A DNA stretch of 64,000 nucleotides from a virus. Taxonomy: Duplodnaviria > Heunggongvirae > Uroviricota > Caudoviricetes. Below the pieces are notes generated by a model. It made no database searches. It saw only the letters and a list, made by a program, of their open reading frames with translations, and was not told the DNA's origin. Positions 20,256 through 28,780 of this stretch are shown piece by piece; the first letter of the stretch is position 1, and each line of letters begins with the position of its first letter. Both the position numbers and the translations under genes were made by a program. The DNA is taken from positions 391,148-455,147 of the IMG/VR virus record IMGVR_UViG_3300015214_000024, one strand, 5' to 3'.

Positions 20256-20984
20256 TTAAGAAAATTTCTTAACTTCTTTACCATCTTGGGTTTTAGCAGC
20301 TTCCTTAACAATTGTAGTTTTAGGAATAGTATAATCTGCTTCAATTTCGTTAGCCATTTCTGTCTTACTTACATCATTGAACCATTCTTCAACAATCTCG
20401 TCATCAACCAAACCAGTATAGCCATTTTGTTTCAAGTATTGCACGAAAAGATGATTATAGTCAAGTTCAAAGGAAAATCCATCAATGCCATCTTCCGGTT
20501 CATACGAACTAGATACTACTTTAATCCAAGGCTGTTCTAAAACTGTGGCCACCTTCTTTTCATATTCAAAATTTGATATTTCTCCCAAAGTGACTTGCTG
20601 CTTTAACACGGCGAGTTTATATTCTGTGGAAGTTTCACCATATTCAAATTCAGCTTTTTTAAGCTCATATTGATGAATTGATATCTTGCCTTGATCGTAA
20701 TCTAACTTCAATTTTGCCAACTGATTAGCAGTTGGGTCATCAGATGTTTCTATGTCAATCATTGCCATCTGGAATTCGTGATCATCAATCATTCCAGAGG
20801 AAGCTTTCAAATTCAAAATGGTTTTCTTACGTTCTTTTGTTGGTTCTTCAAGTTCTAAAAGTTTAATCTCTCTATCTGTACCATCGTATTCATACGCAAT
20901 ACGGGCTTGATCACGAACCTTACCCTCAAGTCCCCAATGACCTGGCAGCCATCCGAACGGAATCCATCTTTTTCTTTTAGCCAT
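20256..20984 (-). CDS. Hypothetical phage protein
   Basis: 242 aa; C-terminal PW..V...FELDYN..F...L...GY.G..DEIVE.WF. Confidence 0.75.
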   Translation of the reverse strand: MAKRKRWIPFGWLPGHWGLEGKVRDQARIAYEYDGTDREIKLLELEEPTKERKKTILNLKASSGMIDDHEFQMAMIDIETSDDPTANQLAKLKLDYDQGKISIHQYELKKAEFEYGETSTEYKLAVLKQQVTLGEISNFEYEKKVATVLEQPWIKVVSSSYEPEDGIDGFSFELDYNHLFVQYLKQNGYTGLVDDEIVEEWFNDVSKTEMANEIEADYTIPKTTIVKEAAKTQDGKEVKKFS

Positions 20985-20985
20985 T

Positions 20986-21189
20986 TTAATCTGCTACCTT
21001 TTTGAAATGTTTTTTTAAATGTTCAGGAATCTTATCATACTGATCTTGGTCAGCTAAGATGCCAAACCGCAACTCGTGTTCAAAAAATGTCGAATTTTCA
21101 TCGAGGCCAACGGCTTCAATTATTGTCAACAAATCAACAGTAGATTTCACTACCTTAGTCAAGTTAGGCTTTGATTGATATGTAGCCAT
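20986..21189 (-). CDS. Hypothetical protein
   Basis: 67 aa; GGAG SD. Confidence 0.7.
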   Translation of the reverse strand: MATYQSKPNLTKVVKSTVDLLTIIEAVGLDENSTFFEHELRFGILADQDQYDKIPEHLKKHFKKVAD

Positions 21190-21203
21190 ATGTTATTTCT
21201 CCA

Positions 21204-22049
21204 TTATGCCAATCCGGCGTAGAGGTGTTGCTGAAGATTGTACGTTAGACCATTATTTACACAATAATTGGCAGTATATTCGTGATTGATCTGATTGGAC
21301 TTCATATCCAACAACCCTTCTTCCCAAAAGGAAATAACTTCATCAACATTTGATCGTTCACCAATCTTGATATTATCAGTAGAATATTCCTCATCAAATT
21401 TACGAGGAAATTTATTATAGATATTCATCGGGCTTACGAAAATCTGCCTACCAGTTTTATCTCTCCACTCAAAAGCCCATTCTGGTATTGAAGAATATGG
21501 CGAATCTTTATCAGCAGACATAACAAATTTTAAACAATTAGCTCGTTCTAATGTTTCAGCCCTTGGCGTTAAGTATCTAACTGGGGCACCACTCTTTTCA
21601 AGACATTTTGGGCTCACTACCAAGCAAGTCTCTTCTGGGATTTCTGTGAAAACCGTACCATTACTTTCAATTTGAGAATATCTAAATTCCTTATTTACAG
21701 CATCAAGTAATTGCTTAATGTTCTTCTGCAACATTGGTTCGCCGCCAGAAAGCACAAATACTGCTTCTTTCTTTTCACCAGCCATATAAGGAGGAACAAA
21801 ACCACCAAAGTGATCTACAATTGCAGAATTTACTTCTTTCATCAATTCATCAACAGTAAACCAATCACCATTATCAAAATAAGTATCACAAAAGCTACAA
21901 GCAAGATTGCACTTAGCAAGTCTGACGAAAAAAGCAGGATATCCACGATATGGCCCCTCGCCTTGTAATGTCATAAATCGACTTACCACCATCAAATCGT
22001 CTCGGCCATTGAAGAACTTCTGACCAACTATGGAATTTTTACCGAACAC
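21204..22049 (-). CDS. queE: 7-carboxy-7-deazaguanine synthase (radical SAM)
   Basis: F.TLQGEG...G.PAFFVRL..CNLACSFCDT; SGGEP.LQ; IESNG; VSPK; C-terminal Q.H. Confidence 0.93.
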   Translation of the reverse strand: MFGKNSIVGQKFFNGRDDLMVVSRFMTLQGEGPYRGYPAFFVRLAKCNLACSFCDTYFDNGDWFTVDELMKEVNSAIVDHFGGFVPPYMAGEKKEAVFVLSGGEPMLQKNIKQLLDAVNKEFRYSQIESNGTVFTEIPEETCLVVSPKCLEKSGAPVRYLTPRAETLERANCLKFVMSADKDSPYSSIPEWAFEWRDKTGRQIFVSPMNIYNKFPRKFDEEYSTDNIKIGERSNVDEVISFWEEGLLDMKSNQINHEYTANYCVNNGLTYNLQQHLYAGLA

Positions 22050-22701
22050 GTTTATAACTTCCTTTTTTAAAATATCGACCTTTACTATAGCCTAAATCTA
22101 TGTAAAAATCAATTTCTTCTTTTGTAATTTTCTTGTTAATGCCGTCTTTAGTAATCCAGCATTTTCCGTAATTTGAATTCTTTTCGCCCATTCCACCAAG
22201 AGCAATATTTGCTCGGTGTTGATCGGTAAATTTCATTCCAGTCCGGGCATTAGAAATTTTCTGTCTAGTTTCTTCTGAACGGTTCTTACCTTTATGCCAA
22301 TTTGACTTACCTTTATGGGTTGCAGATATTTTTGCTCTGGCTTCATCAGTATGAGTTTTTCCACGCATACCATTATTATCAATTATCTTTTGCCGAGTTT
22401 TTTCCGAAAGAGGTATGCCTTTTTGTTTTTGGCCAGATCCAACGGGACAAACATTATAGCACTGCGGATTTGGTATCTTTAAATCTGAAATTAGTTTCGA
22501 CTCTGCCAGCAATGCATCATTTTCAGTTTCGAATACAAACAAAATTTCTTTAGTGAAATTTTGTTTGCCATATTTTTTAATAGCACGAGTTATTCGAGTG
22601 CCAGATCCTAAATATAAATCATTAATATTTTCTGTAGAATGTTTACCAATATAAAACATACCATTTAATTGATTTATCGTTTTATAAACTATATGATACA
22701 T
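22039..22701 (-). CDS. Free-standing GIY-YIG homing endonuclease (Seg-like) with NUMOD3 repeats
   Basis: IVYKT.N..NG.FYIGKH...YLGSG...AIKKYG..NF.KEIL; repeated S/T-E-E-T-R-x-K-I-S; start moved to ATG 22701. Confidence 0.9.
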   Translation of the reverse strand: MYHIVYKTINQLNGMFYIGKHSTENINDLYLGSGTRITRAIKKYGKQNFTKEILFVFETENDALLAESKLISDLKIPNPQCYNVCPVGSGQKQKGIPLSEKTRQKIIDNNGMRGKTHTDEARAKISATHKGKSNWHKGKNRSEETRQKISNARTGMKFTDQHRANIALGGMGEKNSNYGKCWITKDGINKKITKEEIDFYIDLGYSKGRYFKKGSYKRVR

Positions 22702-22706
22702 ATATC

Positions 22707-23264
22707 TCAAATCAAACAAAATTTAAAATCAAGCAACCCACATTCTTTGCTACGAAAAATTTGACCGTCGCGTTCCATAATAACCAATGCACCAATTGTT
22801 ATATATCTTGATTGTCCAATATTAGACGATATTTCAGATACTAATAACGATTTACTTGGTGATTTTACTAATTCATTCTTAATAGACTGAATTGATCTTT
22901 CCATATCCATCTTATCAAATTTTTTGAATGGAAAATCCGTTGTAAAAATTTCTATTTTTACTGATAACGAAAATGGTCCTGATGATAATGTCTTATGATA
23001 ATTTATCCATCCATAATTATGTAGAATATTCAAGCATTTTACAACATCGGCATAATTAATTTTTAATAATTTAGCTATATCTTCATCAATTACTTGACCT
23101 AAATTTTTGCCTACAACTTCTTTACCTAGAAAATATTTAATTTTTTCCATATTTGACCAACGGCGATAATCAGTTGAAATTTGATTTCTAATCCATTCAG
23201 AAAGATTATTGAAGCCATAATCAGCAATTCTCCCTGTAATCCACCCAATAAACCATTCTAACAT
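22707..23264 (-). CDS. Hypothetical protein (possible tandem winged-helix)
   Basis: 185 aa, very AT-rich; DIAKLL...V.KCL..L...GWI and EIS..IG.S......AL..M...G.I patterns. Confidence 0.5.
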   Translation of the reverse strand: MLEWFIGWITGRIADYGFNNLSEWIRNQISTDYRRWSNMEKIKYFLGKEVVGKNLGQVIDEDIAKLLKINYADVVKCLNILHNYGWINYHKTLSSGPFSLSVKIEIFTTDFPFKKFDKMDMERSIQSIKNELVKSPSKSLLVSEISSNIGQSRYITIGALVIMERDGQIFRSKECGLLDFKFCLI

Positions 23265-23323
23265 AATTTTTCCTCGAACAAGTTTTCACTATAACAAATA
23301 GTGACATACGTTTCAATTTCTTT

Positions 23324-23635
23324 TTATGAGAGCATCATTAATGCCATCATTATTGTTTCCCAGTTTTCTTTTACGTGTGGATTTTCGCCAATCTGTTTGA
23401 TTAGCTGTCGCCGATGTTCAATAGCATCGTGGGCTAGTCCCATCATCGCTATTCTATTATTAGCCATAGCGCCAACCATATCATAAAGAACCTTTGCCTT
23501 AGCCTTAACATTTTTAAGACTATGATCAGACTCAATATAATCGTTGAAATTATATGATCGTAATTCATTCTTAATATTGTTAGCTGCTCGTTCCAACTCA
23601 TTTAGAGTTTTTATAAAATCTTCATCTGACATCAT
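23324..23635 (-). CDS. Hypothetical helical protein (paralogue of the next ORF)
   Basis: C-terminus NPHVKENWETIMMALMM. Confidence 0.7.
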   Translation of the reverse strand: MMSDEDFIKTLNELERAANNIKNELRSYNFNDYIESDHSLKNVKAKAKVLYDMVGAMANNRIAMMGLAHDAIEHRRQLIKQIGENPHVKENWETIMMALMMLS

Positions 23636-23636
23636 A

Positions 23637-23933
23637 TTATTTCACCATTGCCATAGCTGTTTCAATTGTTGCCCATAGTTCTTTTATCTGCGGATCAGTG
23701 CTTGCTTGAATAAATTTTTCAGTATGTTCGCGCAGGCCACTGAGAACGTGGGCCATACCACACGCTATCCAAAACAACTCCGTTTTTGCATCAGCAATTT
23801 GAGTCGCCTTTTCAAGCAAATAATCTTCGATTCTTTCGCCAGTATTGATATCACGTTCTAATGCAAGATTGTCATATGTAACACTATCCAATCGATCTAT
23901 TAATTTATCAAGCTCTTTCTGATATTCGTCCAC
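23637..23933 (-). CDS. Hypothetical helical protein (paralogue of the previous ORF)
   Basis: C-terminus DPQIKELWATIETAMAM; GTG start overlaps the PRTase stop. Confidence 0.7.
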   Translation of the reverse strand: MDEYQKELDKLIDRLDSVTYDNLALERDINTGERIEDYLLEKATQIADAKTELFWIACGMAHVLSGLREHTEKFIQASTDPQIKELWATIETAMAMVK

Positions 23934-24391
23934 TATTCTTTTTCCCACGGATAAACAAGCCAAATTGGATCAATTGCCTTGTTTATCTCAACTGCATAAA
24001 AATCTGGTTTGAACAATGTTTCACCACTGTTAAAATGGAGACAAACAGACGTAGCGGTTAATAAAAATCGAGCCGACTGATCAGCTAAAGCATCGTATAT
24101 TTGATGCAAAGTTTCACCACTATCACATATATCATCTACAAAAAGCACTCTCTTTTTATAAATTGCTTTTGCGACATCTATCGGAAGTTCTTCCGGAGGC
24201 TGGCCATCACGAGTTTGCCAATTTAAACAAACTAAAGGAAGTCCTAAATGATGACTGAGTTCAACAGCAGGTACTAGGCCGCCGCGGGCGATCCCGACGA
24301 CTACATCATAGTCGTCGGAATTAAGCATTGACTCCAGTTTAGTAATATCCTGGCCAAAATCTGACCAAGAGTAGTAAACTTTTGTTGTCAC
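23933..24391 (-). CDS. Type I phosphoribosyltransferase (Gpt/xanthine-guanine PRT-like)
   Basis: VGIARGGLVPA..LSH; VLFVDDICDSGETL PRPP loop; C-terminal W.VYPWE. Confidence 0.9.
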   Translation of the reverse strand: MTTKVYYSWSDFGQDITKLESMLNSDDYDVVVGIARGGLVPAVELSHHLGLPLVCLNWQTRDGQPPEELPIDVAKAIYKKRVLFVDDICDSGETLHQIYDALADQSARFLLTATSVCLHFNSGETLFKPDFYAVEINKAIDPIWLVYPWEKE

Positions 24392-25101
24392 GAGTTATAA
24401 CCTTTCATACCAGCCAAAAGCTTGTAGAATTCATCCTTAAGGGCCGCGTCGTCACGGAATTTACCACGCATAATAGCAGTAGTCATATCTGACTCGTGTT
24501 CACGGACACCACGATGTGTCATACAGTGATGTTCTGCCTTCAAAACAACAGCAACGTTTGGCGTTTCAGCAAACTTTTCCAATTCGTCAGCAATTTGAGT
24601 AGTCATTTCTTCTTGAATCTGTGGACGTTCAGCAATCCAATGAACCAATCGATTAAACTTGGATAGTCCAATAACCTTTTCTTCAGGGAAGATTCCTACC
24701 CAACAACGTCCAACAATATTCTGGAAATGGTGTGCGCAAGTGCTGCGAATACTAATTGGTCCAGCAGTATAAACATTCTCATATCCAATGTTTGGAAATG
24801 CTGTAATCTTTGGTGCTGGAACATATCTACCACCAAATGTTTCACGCAAGAACATTTTAGCAACTCTGCGAGCAGTATCTTGGGTATTGTGATCGTTTTC
24901 TGTGTCAATAACCAAAGTTTCCAAAACTTCTTGGAATTTTGCAGTTAGTTCATCTTGAAGAAGATCCATTTCACCAGTATTGATATACTCTGAAATGTTT
25001 TTATTTGAAACAAACTCGCCGCCTGCTTCAACAATACGTTGTCTAATCTGTTTGGAAATTGGGAGTGGGGTTGATCCGCAGCAATCGTTATTATTTGTCA
25101 T
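24388..25101 (-). CDS. folE: GTP cyclohydrolase I
   Basis: TARRVAKM, STCAHHF, VIGLSK..R, RPQIQE.MT, AEHHCM..RGV. Confidence 0.97.
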   Translation of the reverse strand: MTNNNDCCGSTPLPISKQIRQRIVEAGGEFVSNKNISEYINTGEMDLLQDELTAKFQEVLETLVIDTENDHNTQDTARRVAKMFLRETFGGRYVPAPKITAFPNIGYENVYTAGPISIRSTCAHHFQNIVGRCWVGIFPEEKVIGLSKFNRLVHWIAERPQIQEEMTTQIADELEKFAETPNVAVVLKAEHHCMTHRGVREHESDMTTAIMRGKFRDDAALKDEFYKLLAGMKGYNS

Positions 25102-25204
25102 TTTTATTTTGCTTTCCTATTTAAAAAGCAAGATTCTAAAAATATATCTCAATATTTCTTGTCTCTTGCCCGCTTATGCGATAAGTTTGACTTATTATTT
25201 TTTA

Positions 25205-25251
25205 ATTTTACATTTAGTTGGATGAAAAATCAATTTATTTCATCCAACTAA
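25205..25251 (-). promoter_or_regulatory. 14-bp inverted repeat at the glycosyltransferase stop, overlapping a TTGATT-17-TAAAAT promoter for folE
   Basis: TTAGTTGGATGAAA ... TTTCATCCAACTAA (25214-25251). Confidence 0.55.
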
Positions 25252-26313
25252 TCTGTTATACATATCAACTGGATTGATTGCGTTTTTTATAATTTCAAAT
25301 CTTTGATCATAATCTTCCATATGAACATCATAATTTCTGACGTAATCAACTATAATATCAACCAATTTATCTCTATGTGGCAAGTATGCATCAAAGCTTG
25401 TAGTCCATTCGCTTGGATATACATTTTGTGGCAAATGGAATTCTGGATAACAGGCGCGGTTTGGTACAAGTGGTATAGCACCACACAAAACGCTTTCCAT
25501 CATTCCAATGCCAAAATTCTCGTGAAGAGAACAGCTAAATGTTACCTTTGACCTACTAAGCAAATCGTAATACTCATCTTTATTTAGATTTTCTTCCTGG
25601 GTCATTACGCCACGAATATCTGATGGTAAATGATCTCTTAAATCTCTAAAAATCTCTGGTATTTTGTCTTCATTCAATCGATGAGTGAATAAAACAACAT
25701 TTTCCTTTGGAAGGCTTTTGCGATATGCTAAATTCTCCAAATAATTCATTGGCAATCCAACTGTGACTACTCTATGATGATGCTCTTCAGGTATATTTAG
25801 ATTTTTCAAAAATAAATTACGATTAAAGTCTGATGCAACATAAACTGCATCACAAGCATAAAACCAAGCACGTTCTTGATTATGTGACCAATCTTTGCCC
25901 ATTTTCATACCAAGTATGTCTGACGGGTCATACGCACCGGCGTGGCAGATTGAGTAAATTTCAATCTTGATCCCTGACAGCTCTGCCATATAGCGCAGAG
26001 CCGTGATACCAAAATGCCACAAATCTGTTACGAGGAATCGATCACCGGATTTAATATATCCTTCCTGGAACAATTTAGCAATCCGTTCAATCTGTGATGA
26101 TTTATAAGCATTTGTGTGAAAGAAATCCAAAAAAGCACCAGTTGAGACTTTATCATTTCCTTGAATACCATTCGTGCCAACAGTAGCAATATTAAAATTA
26201 CTACCAATCAGATCTTTATAGTATTCTAATTGGTTTGGTATTTCAGTGTACCATTGTTTAGTATATCGAGCATCTATTGGCTCGAGCTCAACAATCCAGC
26301 AAGTATTTGCCAT
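25240..26313 (-). CDS. GT-B fold (GT4-like) glycosyltransferase
   Basis: Start moved to ATG 26313 (AAGGA SD); HAG.YD, F.HR...DK.PE, S.HENFGI...E....GA.P..P. Confidence 0.85.
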   Translation of the reverse strand: MANTCWIVELEPIDARYTKQWYTEIPNQLEYYKDLIGSNFNIATVGTNGIQGNDKVSTGAFLDFFHTNAYKSSQIERIAKLFQEGYIKSGDRFLVTDLWHFGITALRYMAELSGIKIEIYSICHAGAYDPSDILGMKMGKDWSHNQERAWFYACDAVYVASDFNRNLFLKNLNIPEEHHHRVVTVGLPMNYLENLAYRKSLPKENVVLFTHRLNEDKIPEIFRDLRDHLPSDIRGVMTQEENLNKDEYYDLLSRSKVTFSCSLHENFGIGMMESVLCGAIPLVPNRACYPEFHLPQNVYPSEWTTSFDAYLPHRDKLVDIIVDYVRNYDVHMEDYDQRFEIIKNAINPVDMYNRLVG

Positions 26314-26314
26314 T

Positions 26315-26725
26315 TTATTTTCCTTGTATGACTGGTTGGAAGAAAAGGGTTGCGCCGTTTTCTCCGTCTTCCGAAACCGTAATGTTAAATGCCCGGTTTG
26401 GGTATTTTTGTGAAATTTCACCCGCAAGGTCCTCTGCAATCATTTCGCAGCTTTTATAATCAAGCTGCAAAGTTTCCATTGAATACAAACGCTCCAACCA
26501 GCGCTTGAATTGTATAAATTCAATATCCCGGTCGTTATGCACGACATCAATTTCCACCCTAAAGTGGAAAATATGACGATGAGGAACTCCTAAAAAGCTT
26601 ACATCGTCCCAATCACCAGTTGCCAATTTTGGGTCAGTATCTGCACCTGGATACTTGTGAATACCTTCCTTCTGGAAGGTAACAAATATTGTTCTTTTTG
26701 TAACTATCACGCTATTATCCTTCAT
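26315..26725 (-). CDS. QueD-like T-fold protein with LxxxHRHxF (DpdL-like)
   Basis: EGIH.YP...FLGVPHRHIFHF.V...H.DRDIEF...SCEMIA...VSEDGENGA; lacks the canonical QueD CxxxHGH; start ATG 26725. Confidence 0.75.
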   Translation of the reverse strand: MKDNSVIVTKRTIFVTFQKEGIHKYPGADTDPKLATGDWDDVSFLGVPHRHIFHFRVEIDVVHNDRDIEFIQFKRWLERLYSMETLQLDYKSCEMIAEDLAGEISQKYPNRAFNITVSEDGENGATLFFQPVIQGK

Positions 26726-28763
26726 CAAATAAATCATCAAAGCTGATTTCCTGAATCACTGATGGTTCAGTGTCTTGATTTTCATCTTCAACTTCATTAT
26801 CTTCAACTACATTATATAACTCATCTTCATCTTCATCAATATATTGTGACGATTCAACTGAATTGACTTCTGCAGGCGTCATACCAAGAACATTGTTAAG
26901 AGCTTCCATATTGTCAGCCATTACTTTTGGATCAAACTTGCTGCGAATAATTTCTTCAATAGCAGCTTTACCTTCAATCATTTTCATTGGCAAATTAGTC
27001 TTAGCAACTTCAGGATTTGGATCAGTGTAATACTTTAATCCGGTTTGAATTCCTTTAATGTGCTGTTCAACATTCATATTCATAATTGCTGAATAGCCCA
27101 TTTCATCCCAAAGTGACTGCTCTTTGTAATTTCCTGCATCAAGGCGAGCTTTAAACTGTTCTTCAGTTTCTTCTTTTTTCTTTTTAGTAGGTTTACCGTC
27201 ACGATAGCAAACATCACCTACTGTGATCATTTTACCCAATGTGGTATCATCGTGGGTTGAATAGGTTTGTTTGTCACCAATATATTGGAAAGTGAAATTT
27301 TCCCACAACTCACCACTTCTGTTTTCTGACAAATGTGAAAACATCCTACTAAGTTCCTTAGCATTCTTGTCTGGCATCACATCCATTCTAAATGCCATTT
27401 TTTGATTGTTAACTATGAAGTTACTATATCCTTTACCTTTAGCAGTGCAAAGAAATGGTGAAGCAGCATCATAAGTAACAATAAAATTAGGATTGATTTC
27501 TTTTCGTATCTCTTGTTGAATAGTAGTGTAAAGCAATCCAGCATTAATTCTACTAATACCAAGAAAATGCATTAACAATGGAACATCATCGCGAAGCTTG
27601 CCACCTTGGGATTGAGTCGTCAAAAATCCTTCATCATACATTATTTTTAAACGCTTCATTAACATCTGAAAGTCAAACTTCAAGTTGCCTGGGATAGCCC
27701 ATCCTTCAAATGCTCGATCTCCAATAGGATTCCCTTCAAAATCGAGGGCGTTTGGATCATTGAATTTCTTGACAGCTTCCCACCAAATATCGCCTTCGCC
27801 TTGCTTTAGGCGCTTTGTTTCATTACCCTGGTCATCAGTATAGTATTCATAATCAAGTTGCATCTGATTATCAAATACCATTATGTTTCGACCTTGTAGA
27901 ACATTAAGGAATTTAGTTTCACCAACAGTTCGGTGCTTGATGAAATATTCACAATTCCATTTAGTATGTTCCAAACAGTCATCAAACATTACACCACTAT
28001 TTGGCAATTTAAAATTCGCAGTAATGTATTGACCATAAGTTTGTTTTAATATTGGGTTGTCTTTCTTACCCATATCATCATAAAAACAAACACCTGGATT
28101 GGATTCAATCAGTTTTTTAACATCATTTATCTTTGATGTTTTTTGCTTATCATCCAATGACGAATCATTGTTAATATTGGCAATAAGTGAGTTCAAAGCA
28201 ACGGTATTTTCAGGAAGAGCATTAAAGTTTTTCTTGAAAATGATGGATTTTGTATTAGTGATTGAGGTCGTTGGAATATCCAAGATCATACTATAATCAG
28301 CACTATGCTCCAACCACTTCATAATCTTATGACGAAGACCTTTCGTATCAATGGTTAAATCATCAATAGCACCAGTTGATAGCTTGCCTTTCAAAACACC
28401 AGTACTCAACTGGTATCCACCAGAGTCGCCAACAATCAATGTAGCTGTTCGATCTCTAGAGTGGAATACACGTTCTTTATCCTGGCCTTTTTTAATATCC
28501 AACTCAGCGTGTCCTGCTGAATACAATGCCCAAGGATACCAAAAAACATTAGTATTAGCATTTAGGAAGTCAAAGTCGTCAAATGAATTCAAACCCACAG
28601 GGATATTACCATCCCTGAGGTTTTTCTTACTCAAACTTTTTGTATAAAAGCTGCTAATGCTTGGCAGGAAGATAGCCGCATCTTGGTTACCCGTCAAATA
28701 CTCTGTAGCATTAGGGCCTTTTTTATTTTTTAATAAATCAGAAATGTCCAGTCTATCGGCCAC
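26715..28763 (-). CDS. tRNA-guanine-transglycosylase-like protein; probable DNA deazaguanine transglycosylase (DpdA-like)
   Basis: TGT barrel motifs GDSGGYQ, MILDIP, LNVLQG, EGWA, HFLG, YDAASP; clustered with folE/queE. Confidence 0.82.
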   Translation of the reverse strand: MADRLDISDLLKNKKGPNATEYLTGNQDAAIFLPSISSFYTKSLSKKNLRDGNIPVGLNSFDDFDFLNANTNVFWYPWALYSAGHAELDIKKGQDKERVFHSRDRTATLIVGDSGGYQLSTGVLKGKLSTGAIDDLTIDTKGLRHKIMKWLEHSADYSMILDIPTTSITNTKSIIFKKNFNALPENTVALNSLIANINNDSSLDDKQKTSKINDVKKLIESNPGVCFYDDMGKKDNPILKQTYGQYITANFKLPNSGVMFDDCLEHTKWNCEYFIKHRTVGETKFLNVLQGRNIMVFDNQMQLDYEYYTDDQGNETKRLKQGEGDIWWEAVKKFNDPNALDFEGNPIGDRAFEGWAIPGNLKFDFQMLMKRLKIMYDEGFLTTQSQGGKLRDDVPLLMHFLGISRINAGLLYTTIQQEIRKEINPNFIVTYDAASPFLCTAKGKGYSNFIVNNQKMAFRMDVMPDKNAKELSRMFSHLSENRSGELWENFTFQYIGDKQTYSTHDDTTLGKMITVGDVCYRDGKPTKKKKEETEEQFKARLDAGNYKEQSLWDEMGYSAIMNMNVEQHIKGIQTGLKYYTDPNPEVAKTNLPMKMIEGKAAIEEIIRSKFDPKVMADNMEALNNVLGMTPAEVNSVESSQYIDEDEDELYNVVEDNEVEDENQDTEPSVIQEISFDDLFDEG

Positions 28764-28780
28764 GTGTCTTTATCCTTTTA

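Noticed and set aside
22039-22701. Group I intron interrupting queE
   Set aside because: queE reads intact from its own start; no upstream exon or intron core seen.
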